From positions 399,404,001 to 399,468,000 of the forward strand of contig OZ024740.1 of NCBI GenBank assembly GCA_964016885.1: a stretch of DNA of 64,000 nt, written 5' to 3'. Positions within the stretch are counted from its first letter, which is position 1. Every line of letters starts with the position of its first letter. The position numbers and the translations under genes were made by a program. The notes under the pieces were generated by a model, which searched no databases, was not told the DNA's origin, and saw only the letters and a program-made list of their open reading frames with translations. Below, piece after piece: positions 50,561 to 64,000 of this stretch. The stretch is from Eledone cirrhosa. Taxonomy: Eukaryota.

Positions 50561-53525
50561 TAATTATTGCTGGTGACCTAAATGGTCATGTTGGACAACA
50601 TTGTGACGGCTATGACGGAATCCATGGAGGCTATGGGTTTGGTACTAGAAATGAGGAAGACTCCAGAATCCTGGAATTCTGTGACGCAAATAACCTAACT
50701 ATCTGTAACACTAACTTCAAAAAACGAGACAATCACTTGATCACCTATAGATCGGGGGAACACGCCAGTCAGATAGATTATATCCTTACCAGAGGACGTG
50801 ATAGAGTGTCTGTTGTAAACACTAAATCTCTCCCCCATGAAGAATGCACCTCCCAACATAGACTCATAGTCAGCGACCTCATAGTCAGGACAAGACGTAC
50901 TCGACAACAGAGGACTATCCTCAGGAGAAAAATATGGAAGCTAAAGGACCCCACAGCCAGTAATATATTTAAAAGCATATTACTTGATGCTTTTGACAGT
51001 AAGGAAGAGCAATTAGAGTCGTACAATATAGAGGAACAGTGGGAATTCCTGAAAGCTAACCTGCTGAAGGCGGCAGATGAAGTCTGTGGCTGGAGCAGAC
51101 CTATAGGCAGGAGGAGAGTAACGTGGTGGTGGAACAGTAAGGTGGAGGAGTCAATTAAGGCCAAAAAGCAGGCTTGGAAAGTATGGCGGGATGGGGGAAG
51201 TAGAGAAGACTATCAAGTGGCCAGGAGGGAAGCTAGGAGACAAGTGTACTTCGCAAGAAGGGAAGCAGAGGAAAGAAAGTTCAAGCATGTTCTACAACGC
51301 GAGGACCAAAAACGTGAGGTGTTCAGGATTGCTAGGCAATGTGTCAAGGAAAACCGTGATATTGTCGGGGAGAAGTGTGTCCTTAATGATGATGGTGTAC
51401 TTGCCATCACTGACGTTGATAGGAAGGTAGCTTGGAAGTGTCACTACGAAAGGCTACTAAATGAGGAGAATAAATGGGAGAAAGACAGTCTCCCCCACAT
51501 CAATCCAATAGAGGGACCAGCAGTGCAAGTTGAAGGTAATATAATAAGTAAGGCAATCAAGGATATGAAGGCGGCTGGGCCTTCGGAAATAGTTGCTGAA
51601 ATGCTGAAAGCATCTGGAATGGTGGGACACACTATGGTCACCCGGATAGTAAACCAAGTCATACAGAATGGGGTCGTTCCGAAGGACTGGCGTAGCAGCA
51701 TCATCATTAACTGCTACAAGGGTAAAGGAGATGCCCTAGATAGGGGTAACTATAGAGGCATTAAATTAATTGACCAGGTCATGAAGGTCACAGAAAAAGT
51801 AATAGCGCAACTAATCAGAGAGCGAATTGATCTAGATGAAATGCAGTTCGGGTTTGTGTCAGGTAAAAGTACGACAGACGCTCTTTTCATTGTACGACAA
51901 CTACAGTAGAAGTACCTAGCTAAAAGTAAACCCCTATACTTAGCTTTTGTTTACTTGGAGAAAGCCTTTGACAGAGTCCCCCACTCCATTATCTGGTGGG
52001 CTCTTAGATAACTAGGTGTTGATGAATGGCTTGTGAGAGCTATACAAGCCATGTATAAAGAAATAGTCAGCAAGGTTAGAATTAACAACGAATATAGTGA
52101 AGAGTTTCGCGTAAAAGTTGGTGTTCATCAGGGCTCTGTTCTTAGCCCCCTACTATTTATTATTGCCCTTCAGGCTTTAACAGAGGAGTTCAAGACCGGC
52201 TGCCCATGGGAACTCCTATACGCAGATGATCTAACGCTCATAGCTGAATCAATGGCTGAACTAGAGAAGAAATTCCAAACATGGAAGCATGGCCTAGAAT
52301 CAAAAGGTCTTAAAATTAACCTGTCTAAGACTAAAGTTCTAGTTTGTAGGAAGGAAAATAGGGCACCGGTTCCATCTGGGAAATGGCCATGCTCAGTGTG
52401 TAGGAAAGGAGTAGGCAGAAACTCCATTTTATGTCCCAAATGCAAAGTATGGGTGCATAAAAGATGTATTGGGATCACAGGTAAGCTAACTAAGAATATA
52501 GATTTTATATGTGGCCGGTGTTCAGGTGCAATAAGTAGCAGCAAGTGCCCACAGAATACTACCTCATTCCATTGCACAGATGGTTCTATAGAAATAGTGG
52601 ACACCTTCCGTTACCTGGGTGACAAAATCAGCAGTGGTGGAGGGTTGTCTGAAAGGACAGTAGCTAGAGTCAGAACGGGATGGAAAAAGTTCAGAGAGCT
52701 TATACCACTATTGGCCGCTAAAGGGTTCTCTCTAAAAATGAAAGGCAGGCTGTATGATGCCTGCATACGAACAGCAATGTTACATGGCAGTGAGACTTGG
52801 GCATTGTGTGCAGAGGATACACGCAGACTGGAGAGGAATGAAGCTTGCATGCTCCGCTGGATGTGTAATAGTAATATACGTGAACGGCAAAGCATAAACG
52901 AACTAAGGGAGAAATTAGGAATAAGAGGGATCAGATGTTGTTTACTCAAGAGAAGACTACGTTGGTACGGTCACGTGATGCGCATGAAAGATGACAGCTG
53001 TATAAAAAAGTGCAGGCCGATAAAAATAGACAGTAACCACGGAGTAGGCAGACCCAGAAAAACCTTGGACGACTTGATAAATTCCGACCTCACACACTTA
53101 CACCTCTCCAAGACAATGTCACTGGACCGAGATCTTTGGCGCTACACAGTAACACAGAAGACCCACCTTGTCTAAGTACAAAGCGAAACCTACAGTCAGT
53201 AGGCACCTCTAACAAAAATACACCCCCGTCCCACTACCCCCCCACCCCATCCACACCACCTCTTTCAATGTAAAGTTATGTTGGTACCACAACATCCAGT
53301 CCGAAATAAATGAGGTCGTGTAGGTGTCACGACAAAAAAACACACAGTCCACGCTGTAATGTGGCCGTGTAGGTAACACGGTAAAAACCTCCCAGTTCCA
53401 CACTGTAAATGTGGTTGGTGTTAGGAAGGGCATCCAGCCGTAGAAAACCCGCCAGACAGTCCTATGCGAGCAAGACAACCAATCTTGCCCCAAGTGGGAT
53501 GGACGTTAAACGATGATGATGATGA
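50561..53525 (+). mobile_element. RTE LINE, sister subfamily, 5'-truncated in the APE domain
   Basis: ORFs 50515-51909 and 52033-53175 are in one frame separated by stops. PHD-like finger at 52390-52521, (GAT)n tail, (TA)n flanks. Confidence 0.93.
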
Positions 53526-53537
53526 TATATAAGTACA

Positions 53538-53601
<64 letters not shown>

Positions 53602-55887
53602 TATATATAAGTACATATTTATGTATATACACACACACACATATATATATGCATATATATATATATAAGTATATATTTATGTACTTTATGTATATATATG
53701 CATATAAGTACATATTTGTGCACATATATGTATATGCACATATACATATAAGTACATCATCATCGTTTTTACGTCATCTTTTCCATATATATATTCAAAA
53801 CAATAAAAGAAGTGTGATTATAAGAGAACAAACTGTAGGATTTGATTCTGAGAATGATGGTAAGGAAATAATTCAAAACTGTTTATCTACAAACATGAAT
53901 TTATATAAAATGCATCACTTTACCATTTGATAGCTTAGGAAATGTGTACCACAGTGTTTAGTGAAATAACACAAGGGATAACAACATATTACATGTAAGA
54001 AATAGTAACAAAGAAATCCAAATAAATGAGGATGCAATATTGTGTAACATATGGGACACATAAACTCATTTGTAATACTGTACAATGAACTATGTTATGT
54101 GTCCTGAAAGAAATAGGAGTAACAATGTAACATGGAGGTAATGCATAAAAAAGAGAGTGCGGTAGTGTTAATCCTTTTGATACCAAATTATCTGAAACCA
54201 CTTTGAATGCTACATGACAGCTCTTTTTATTGAAAAAAACTTTTTATGATCATTTTTTAGGCTTTACCTCACATAATTAACTCATATAATATCGAATCTA
54301 TGAGATTTTGATATTTATTTTGAGAAAAATACCTTAATATCAGTATAAGTAGCCAGTTAAAGCCGGTTTGAACAGAAAGAGGTGAGAGAATTCTGACCGG
54401 ATATGGCCAGGTTAAATGCTAAAGGGTTAAGTAATGTTCCAAATATAAACTTAATAATAATTTCTAATTCAGACACAAGGCTGGTAGTGGAATGTCGATC
54501 ACATATACCCCAGTGCCTGGCAGGTACTTTATTTCATCAACCTCCAATGAATGAAAGGCAAAGTTGACCTTAGTGAGATTTGAACTCAGAAATTAAAGAA
54601 CAAATACTGCTAAGCATTTGTCTTAAGTTCTAATGACACTGCCAATCCACTGCTTTACAATAACATATAATGAAAAAGTTATTTTACTAAATTGTTAGAA
54701 ATTTTTGATTATTTTCAAAATTAAATGAAATTTATATGCAGTGTGTTTCATTAGAAATATGATAACAAAATGGTTAAATATGGGTGTAAGAACAATAAAG
54801 GATTAACTTTATGTAAAAGATGGGTGGCATGTATAAAAAAAAATATCAAAAAAGGGTGGCTAGTCACAATATTGAATATGGGTAACAAGGAGTATCACAG
54901 AGGAAAACACAATAATATCTTTAACTAACACATAAAGAAGGGATATAACGTTGTTAAATATAAGACAGAAATATTGGACTGTAAAAAATGGTACAAATAA
55001 GTAACATGCAGAAAGTAGGAATGTTTCAATGTTATAAACAGGTAAAAATAAAATGTATATAACTATGACATATCCGAAGGAATATTATGGTGCTACATAT
55101 AGATAACAAAACAAAGAGAGTTACATATAATTAACACAAAAAAACATTGCTTAACTATACATTACCGTAACAACAGATATAACAATTATCATGAAGCATA
55201 ACATTAACATTAAGAACAGTGTTAATATTAAATTAATAACACAACAAATATAATAATGTAATATTACATAATGGCAAAACTGATTATTTCCACCATAAAT
55301 GTTTGGAGAGGTGTACAGTCGATTAAATTGCCCCTAGTATTTGAATAGCATTGATTTTATCAGTGGTGGTGGATTTTATCGGTGGTGATGGAGTTTGAAG
55401 TAAAGGGATACAACTAAATATGGCAACATTTTAATCTGATACTCCACCAATGCTAGAAATTAAATTTGATTAAAATAGTAACTCCATAGATAGAAATTAA
55501 TAATGGTGCATATCTATATCTTAATCATGTAACCCATTTGGATTACTGCAGGCAACACCAAAACATCTGATGATTTATAACAAACTAAGGAATGGATATC
55601 CTGCACAAAACATATTCTATACAATGAACACCCAATAAAATGAAAGAATACATACTCTTATATACTTGATAACTGACACTATAATACCAATTACTAACAC
55701 AACTCACATTCTACACAGTTGCAACTCACAAATATAATATACTCCATACAGGATACACTGTAAACAATCAATGCTCAGCACTAAAACACATAATATTAAT
55801 CACAAACACCAACTAACAGAATAACATAACTTGCATTTCACAAACGCTGCATAAGAGACATACATACTCTGCACAACAGATGTACAT

Positions 55888-57095
55888 ACAGGGATGGTCA
55901 GTTCTTTGAGGATATATACTTTAATAGCTCTATCTTTTTTGCTGACTTGTTCTGGTTATCATTTCTTTTCGGATAAATGATGACAAACATCAAGCAAACT
56001 CAACAAATGAAAAGGCACACTGTAATCATTGCCTTAATGGCAGAGCATAGTGATTTAGGGATTGCTCACTTCCTGAAAGTTGTACGGTCCTTTGTTGTCA
56101 AAGTTCACAAAGAGCTGGAAGTTGCTGACAGTGATTCTACCTCAGTAACTAAATATAAAACACCTGCTAATAGTCCTAATACCATCCGAACACCAAAATT
56201 TGTACAAAAGGTGCAAAAGAATTATTGATAAGAACCCCAGAAAGTCAATTAGTGCCATTGCTAAGGAGCTCTAGGTGTGCCTTTCAAGGCACACTATATG
56301 GGGACCTTCAATACAAGTTATGTGTGATGCAGAAAAGTCAATTTGTGTCTGCAAAGACAAAAGATAACCATCTCATCCATGCAAAGCACTTATTGCACAA
56401 GTTGAAATATCAAGAGCTGGAATGCTTTGGTTTTTCTCTGATAAGAAAAACTTTGATCAGGACCAAATGGTCAACTGAAGGAATGACAGGTGCTTCAACA
56501 GTCATGCACACAATGTTTCCAGCAACTGTGATAGTTCTGGGAGTCATGAGCAACTAGAGAGATTTCGTGCCTTCTCACTTCATTCCTCAAGGCTCAAGAG
56601 TCAATGCCGCTGACTATAAAGTATTGGAGAGGGTTGTGAGGCTCTTGATAGAGAGTGTTAGCAAAGAAAGATCATACACTTAGCACTATGAGTCTGTGCC
56701 ATCTAAGACCTAGATTACTCAAGAATGGATGAATTACAATCTCCATGATCATATCACCCCAAACATGTCTCCAAGTTCTTCAGACATGAATCCATTGGAC
56801 TATGTATAGGGTGTAGTTGAGGGAAATGTAAATCAATGTTCCCATAATACTATAACATTTTTGAAGTCTGCCATAACTAGGACAATGTCTAAAATAAATA
56901 AAGATCATCTGATACAGATATGGCAACATTTCAGACCTCGTACTGAAGAGGTCATTGATGCTAACAGCAGATTCATTAAGTAGATGTCTCAAGAAGAATC
57001 TCAAGCATATTCATGCCAAATAAAGCTCTTCTTTCCTGATTTATGTGTCTTTTACTAAATTCATGCAAATATCCTCAAAGAGCTGAACAGCACAT
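55888..57095 (+). mobile_element. Tc1/mariner-superfamily DNA transposon relic
   Basis: TIR-like TCAGTTCTTTGAGGATAT / ATATCCTCAAAGAGCTGA. Broken transposase with WFFSDKKNF, GSRVNA and PSSSDMNPLDY motifs. Confidence 0.8.
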
Positions 57096-57904
57096 ACTCT
57101 GCACAACAAGTGCACATACTTTGCACAACAGGCACATTATAGTAATATCTGAAACAATAAAGTGAATCCCACAACATAACCAAACTGATGTAGTTAGTAT
57201 ACAAACACAATTCTAGGTCCCAAGAAGACAATGCTGCATACATCTCAGGAACATGGAGATTCAGGAGGAACTAGTATAAAACTGCCGAACAACTAAACAT
57301 AACAAGAAGTATGATTTCTTCATTATTTATATATTATTATAAATTTGTTTTATTTAAATAAATAAAAAATAATATATAATATATAAAAAATGATAATATA
57401 TAAAAAAATGATAAGGTAAAAAAAAAACACAATTAAGCAATTAAAAAGTGAGGTTTATTCCTCACAAAGTTTATTAAGAAATAAAACAATAATGTGAGTA
57501 CAATATTAGAGGAATAATATAATTTGACTGTTATATTTTGGTTATCATATATTAGTTATAAAACACACACGCATATAAATATATACTGATATACATATAT
57601 ATATATATACACACACATTCATGTATATACATACATTTATACACACACATGTATGTATGTACATATATATATATATACATTCATATATCCTCCCCTGCCC
57701 CAACACCTACCCACCTACTTTTGTCCACACCACCCCTGCACTGTAAAGTTATGTTGGTATTACAACAAAAAAATCACATTGTAAAGTGGTCGTGTAGGTG
57801 TCGTGACAAAAAGCACCCAGCCCACACTGAATTTTTGGAGGCACTACATTTGGGTCCCACTTATGGAGTCAATGCTTCAAAACAGCATGCTCCATCAAAA
57901 TATG

Positions 57905-58450
57905 AGAGCAAATGTGAACTGGACACTTTCAGAGCCAATTTCAGTGGAAAATGGTGTCAAGTAAGGTGACATACTTTCACCCATGCTGTTCTCCATCTAC
58001 TTTGACATACTGCTGACATATGCCTTCAATACTTCAAAGTTGATGTATACTTGCGAATTAGAACCCCTGGCAAAGTCCTTAATCTAAGATAGCTTAACAC
58101 CAATTTCAAACATTTGGCACTCTTGTTAGGGAGTTCCTGTATGCTGATGATGCAGATTTTGTGGCATACACTGTAGAGAAAATGCAGTTGATATTGGAGA
58201 GCTTCTTCAATGCATGCACTGTGTTTGGGTTAAATACTAGTATAAAAAAGAAAAAGGTCATGTACACTCGACCAGTTGGGGAAATGTATGTGGAGCTGAC
58301 TAGAGGAAAAAGGCCACAGCATAAACCAAAGAAGCGGTTTAAGAATGTCATAAAACATAATCTTAAAGCTCTGAAGATTGATATGGAGAACTGGAACTGG
58401 CTGAAGGTCGTACATCATGGAGAAAGATCATCAAGTATGGATGTGATGTC
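57905..58450 (+). mobile_element. RTE (BovB-like) RT remnant
   Basis: Homologous to 15060-15260; EFLYADD. Confidence 0.75.
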
Positions 58451-58519
58451 ATTTGTAAAACATATACATACACACATATATATATATATATATACACACA
58501 CACATACACATATATATAA

Positions 58520-59705
58520 GCTTTGGGAGAGGGCTCCAACACTGATGTCATCCACCTTGATTTCAAAAAGGCCTATGACAGGGTTGATCACAATATTCTA
58601 CTGAAAAAACTACCCAACATTGGTGTTTCTGGAAAGTTACTGCAATGGATCAAGTGTTTCCTGACAAACAGAGCTCAACATGTAGTCGAAGGAGTACAAT
58701 CCAGCCCAGCCAAAGTCAGTAGTGGCATTCCACAAGGCACTGTGTTGTGCTCACTTCTTTTCATTATCTATATAAATGACATTACTGACGTCATCAAGCA
58801 CAGCGACATAAGAATCTTTGCAGATGATTCCAAGCTCCAGAAGGTCATCAATGGAGTGGGTGACCAGACAAGCCTTCAATTAAATCTACTTAGTGTTATC
58901 CAATGAGTGGAAAAGAACAATATGTTGCTGAATGAGGATAAATTTGAATTAATCCACTTTAGAAAAGAGGATGCACTGAAACTCCCATATCTCTTCCTTC
59001 AGGTGAAACTCTCGTGGCATCCAACAACATCAGAGACTTGGGAGTAATTGTTGATAACAACATAAGCTGGGCCACTCATATAAACAGCAAAGATGACATG
59101 GCCTGCAGAATGTGTTCCTGGATTCTCAAAACTTTCCAGTCGAGAGATATCCACACCATTATCTTTCTCTTCTCTACTTTTGCCTGACCCCACCTTGAAT
59201 ACTGTTGTCCACTGTGGTCTCCCCACACGAAACAAAGTATCATGAAAATTGAAGCACCTCAAAGGTCAATCACAAAAAAATAGACTGCATGGCAGGCCTC
59301 GACTATTGGGGTCACTACAAAAACCCAAACTCTATTCTCTCCAACACAGCTGCGAGCACTACAATATCTGCATTTTGTGGAAAATATTAAATCAGCATTG
59401 CCCAAATGATGTTGGCATTATCTTTAAAGTACACCTATGGTTTGGGCTCTGTGCTGTCCACTCACAACAAAAATCAAACTTGCATCTCATAACAAAATTA
59501 CGGCACAATTATTTCACCTCAATTGGTCCCGCTCTTTAACATTACACCAAAACACATTAAAACAGAAACAGACCCCATAAAATTCAAAAAGTCTTTGGAC
59601 AAATTCCTCCAAGAAACCCTGGATAAACCTCCTACACTTGGATATGTCTCCATAAACAAAAGCTTTCTACTTGAGTGGACCACGGTGTCCAAATCCTGAT
59701 TTGAA
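58520..59705 (+). mobile_element. CR1-type LINE 3' fragment
   Basis: DVIHLDFKKAYDRVDH, SGIPQGTVL, FADDSK, HLEYCCPLWSP. Confidence 0.85.
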
Positions 59706-60049
59706 AGACTGTCATACATGCAAGTTTATATGTGTTAAGACACATAAAAACTGTTGGCAGAGGTCCCAGGATCTTCTTATATACAATTATTAGTGGGTTT
59801 TTAGGGAATGGGGGAGTAGGTAAATGAATAACTTTAGATTTATATTTAAAGACCATACAAGGGGTGAAAGATAAAAAGAAATAAAGGTGGAAAAGGTAAA
59901 AGAATATAAAATGAGAAGTAAAGAATAAATAAAAAATAAAAGATAAAAAATAAAGAAATAAACTAGAAAAGTGTAAAATATAAATAATAATAGTGATGAC
60001 AATAATAAAAAAATAATAATAACAATAACAACAAAATAATAATAATAAT

Positions 60050-60262
60050 GATTTCTGATTTAGGCACAAGGCCAGCAATTTTTGGGGAGGGGAAAAGTTG
60101 ATTAAATTGACTCCAGTGTACTTTATTTTATTGACCCATTGATCCCGTAAGGATGAAAGGCAAAGCTAACCTTGGTGAGATTTGAACTCAGAACGTAAAG
60201 GGTCGTAACTCTATGCCGCAAAGCATGTTGTCCGACGCTCTACCAATTCCGTTAATCCATTG
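60050..60262 (-). mobile_element. SINE family 1 variant
   Basis: Shares AAGGATGAAAGGCAAAG...GATTTGAACTCAGAA with 10579-10772. Confidence 0.8.
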
Positions 60263-60899
60263 ACCAAAATAATAATAATAACAATAATAATAAAGTAAAA
60301 AAATGAATTAATGGCTAAACGTAAAATGGACAGAAAGTGAGAGAGATATAGAAGGGTAACAATGAAGGCGTGGTGATCAAGTCAGGGTCATAGAAAAACG
60401 GCACAAGTGACGATGACAACAGCCATGATCATCACAGTACTTATGGTATTTATAATGGTAACAAGATCATCTCCTGGTTAAAAAAAACAGATGCTTATTT
60501 GTCTGTGAAGTTCTTTGTGTGGATATGATGGTAGTCGCTATGTGTGAGTTGGTATTAGTATCGACAACAACAACTGTAGTATCATCATCATCAACAACTA
60601 CGTATTTGCCAAATTAATGTTATTTATGACTAGAGCACTCCTCATTATATGTCAATAAGTATGATGGTGCCCTCCACACCTGTGTGAGGGGAGAATTAGC
60701 ACCATCATCACGAATTATGTGTATGGCAAAGGGGCTTGGCCCGATCCATTTATTCTTCGGTGGGGTGCATTTTATTATCCTTATCACTACCATCACTGGT
60801 ATGGCCACTATCACCATCAATACTATTGTTAGTAGTATTAGTGGTATCAGCAATAACATTATTATTTGTAGTAACACCAACAAGTTTCAGCAGCATTAA

Positions 60900-61778
60900 C
60901 AACAATAATATGATGATGGTGACGTCACCACCAATATAACAGTGAACTGGTGATATTAGTAGGTCATGAATTAGTGAAATAAAATAAAATTAAAAAAATA
61001 AAATGAAATGAAATAAAATGCAATAAATGGAGTAGAGAATATTGTGGTCCAATGGTGGGTATGATCAATGTATGACTGGTTATTCAGTTGTTGGGTTCTT
61101 ATGTGTGAAGCATAGAGCCGAGTGTGTTGACTGTTCAGAGTGTCTGCATCTGAGTATTATTTCGGATTTAAGGTTTACTGGGTTCTTTTTTAATTTCGTG
61201 ATTTCCACGGCTTCAGCTAAACAGAGCCAGCTCTTTCCTTGGCCTGGTGAGTGAGGGGCTGCATGCCTAATTATACTCCGGCATGTCCTGAACCCAGTTT
61301 GCTTGTCTTTAAGTCTCCAGATCAAGGCCACCATCCTAGTACAGGAATGTTTGTTATCATTGAATGAGTTAGTGTGGTTGTAGAGTTGGGTTTTGAATGT
61401 TGTGGATGTGGCTCCAATATAGGTGTACCTGGAGTTATGAGTATCGACCTCACATTTATATATTATGTTCTTAGCCAGGCATTTTTTCTGTGGAGGACAC
61501 TCATTTTTGCCATCACATGATTGGGGTTTCATGCCATTTGCAGGTTTATGGGTGGTGATATTGGAGGCCTCCGCAGATGGGTACCGGCATCCACGGACAA
61601 ACCTACTTGAGTACTGTTTAGTTGTTTTATTTTTCTCTATTTCATTTATTGTATTTTATCTCATTTTATTTTATTTTATTCTATTTCCTTTTATTTTATT
61701 TCACTAATTCCCGAACTACTAATATCACCAGTTCACTGTTACATTGATGGTGACATCGCCATCATCATCATTTTATGT
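60900..61778 (-). mobile_element. 5'-truncated Penelope-like element: GIY-YIG fragment between inverted pseudo-LTRs
   Basis: ORF 61080-61532 has C..K.ECP...C..KNIIY...TYIGAT..FK...NH..SF...LCL.E...CRH. About 60907-60990 is complementary to about 61690-61772. Confidence 0.82.
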
Positions 61779-61862
61779 TATTGCTGTTATCATTGTTATA
61801 TTGTTATTGCCGTCGCTGCTGCTGCTGCTACTATTGCTACCACCACTGTAGCTGATAACAAT

Positions 61863-61929
<67 letters not shown>

Positions 61930-62704
61930 TACATACATGTATATACATACCATGCTACCATGGAAAACTGTGTTGGAAGGGTTAATTAGGAGGAGATTAA
62001 ATATGGATAATGTTCAATTTGAACTCATGCAGTTTATTTGTTGGAAGAAAAATAGGGTCATGGAGGAGGGAGAGGGTCCAGAAATGTGTAATCTGGAGAA
62101 GAAGAATTGAGAAGGGTAAAGTAAGATACAATAAAAAGGTGGGTGAAGAGAGGAAGTAAAATTGAACCAAAAGTCAAATTACACATGCTGAGAATTTACT
62201 GGTTCATCACCAATCAAAAAAACAATAACAACTAAGATTTCTACCATAAGTACCGAATATGAAGGAACATATATATAGTTGATTATATTCACATCAACAT
62301 TTGACTAGTAACTATTCAATCAACTGTAAATGAATGAAAGGAAAAGTTGATCTTCATGAGATTTGATCACAGAATATAAATGGATGTAACTTAACACAAA
62401 ACATCATAATTATCATCTATCATTATTGCCAGTCACCCTACTCACAATAACTTTTTTTTTGTTATGTTTTGCACAAGAGTACAAATTTCAGAGATCAGGC
62501 GTTAAATATTTCAAGGCATTTAGTTTGGTGTTATTCATTCCCACCACCACCCATATTTCTAGATTGTATGTATGTATGGAACTGCAACTCCCGATGGAGT
62601 CATAAGGATGCCATTTTGATATACGACGTGTCTTCGTCATTTTAATCCTGGTGGAACCTAGCAACCCAAGGATGATATTTAAACTAATGCATACACACAC
62701 ACAT

Positions 62705-63210
62705 ATATAAGTAGAATGGCCAGAGTAAAAACAGGGTGAAAAAAATTCAAGGAGTTGTCACCTCCATTAGTAACAAAGTGTTTCTGTCTCAGATTGTATG
62801 ATACTTCTCTATGAATTGCAATGCTGTATGATAGTGTGATATGGGCATTGAATGCAAAGGATTTGCAAATACTACTAGATGTGTGATATTAGTGTTTATG
62901 AATGACAGAACATAAGTGAGGTGAAATATAAAGTGGATATAAGAGGAATCAGATGTAGTATGCAAGAGAGAAGACTGACAGGTGTGGACCTATTATATGT
63001 ACGGGAGGGATGGCAACTTTATAAAGTGTAAAGCATTCAAAGTGGATAGAACTGAGGAAAACACAGGATGATGTGGTGAAGACTGATCTCAGGATGCTGA
63101 AACTGATGGAGATGACAAAGGACTACAATGCATGGCAGCACATAATGTTGGAGAATATCTACCAATGCAAGCAGAGGAAAACAAATGTTAATGACAGAGG
63201 CTGAGATGTA
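62705..63210 (+). mobile_element. RTE 3' remnant
   Basis: Decayed homolog of 47290-47790. Confidence 0.65.
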
Positions 63211-63631
63211 TAATATCTGCATTTGGATCTCTCATCTAATATATTGGTGTTAAGTCTATTTCTTACTCGCACCCACTTCTTTGATACTCTCTTACCACTC
63301 TATCCCCCTATCACCTATTGATTATGGAGCTACCTATGTAATAAGGGATAGCATTAGATATATCCATATCCAATCTTCCTACCATTAATCTTTATCATTG
63401 TACTCATCTCTTTCATCATGATAGTAACGTAGCAAGGGATTGCATCAGATCTGTTTGTATCCGATGCACCCAACAACCACCATTCAGTACTGGTAGCCAC
63501 CCCTCCCTCTCCTCTATGTCACTAATCAGTGACATCTATCACTTTGTCTTACAACAATTTATACTAAGATCCATCACTCACCCTCTCTCTTACCAGTAAA
63601 CAAGTAACTGTTATCATTGCTGCTTTGTGGA

Positions 63632-63930
63632 CGCAGCATGGGCTGAATCATTAAGAAGCTTGCTTCTCAATCATAAGGTCCTGGGTTCAACCCAAACCTT
63701 ATGAGTGAAATTGGGTAGACAGAAACTATATGGAAGCCTGTGGGATGGATTGTAACCATATTTTAATAGACCAGCCATGTCACGCACTGTGTTATGTTGA
63801 ACCTTTTTGAGTTATATTAAGGGTACATGTCTCTATGGAATGCTCAGTCACTTGCATATCAATTTTATGGCTGTTCCATTGATCAAACAATTGGAATACT
63901 CATCCTTGAAACCAATGAAGGTTTATTCCA
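63632..63930 (+). mobile_element. tRNA-derived SINE (family 3)
   Basis: tRNA-like head with GGTTCAACCC; body shared with about 32410-32640. Confidence 0.6.
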
Positions 63931-64000
63931 TCACTACCTTTCATTACACCCTGCTATCACTGCTTCTCTTTTCTCTGATACCCCCTCAGCCCAATCACTT

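Noticed and set aside
59632-60078. 148-aa hydrophobic ORF
   Set aside because: Low-complexity A-rich tract read on the reverse strand.
60620-60730. Hammerhead or SECIS in the GIY-YIG element's 3' region
   Set aside because: Only GTGATGA and a small hairpin; no complete core could be assembled.

Overview
AT-rich, microsatellite-dense eukaryotic (animal) DNA, not prokaryotic. The repeat content (RTE and CR1 LINEs, tRNA-derived SINEs, Penelope-like fragments) resembles a coleoid cephalopod such as Octopus; this is an inference. Most of the window is transposable elements. (1) Three same-orientation copies of an R4/Dong-type RT + restriction-like-endonuclease retrotransposon, each embedded in (CATA)n; one keeps an uninterrupted frame of about 1,080 codons. 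(2) A second, decayed R4/Dong element next to (TAA)n and a decayed L1/Tx1 element. (3) Young RTE copies carrying a PHD-like finger inside the RT region, plus many old RTE and CR1 fragments. (4) A Tc1/mariner relic, a complete non-autonomous Helitron, piggyBac-like MITEs and SINEs. (5) Several Penelope-like foldbacks, one with a minimal hammerhead ribozyme motif. A spliced host gene on the minus strand, largely missed by the ORF track, can be assembled from phase-compatible exons at 33427-33459 (33-nt microexon), 31264-31481, 19802-19905 and 18722-18782, with a possible ATG exon at 37562-37577. The best novelty candidates are the (CATA)n-specific retrotransposon and the hammerhead-centred foldback. 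Boundaries of decayed elements are approximate.
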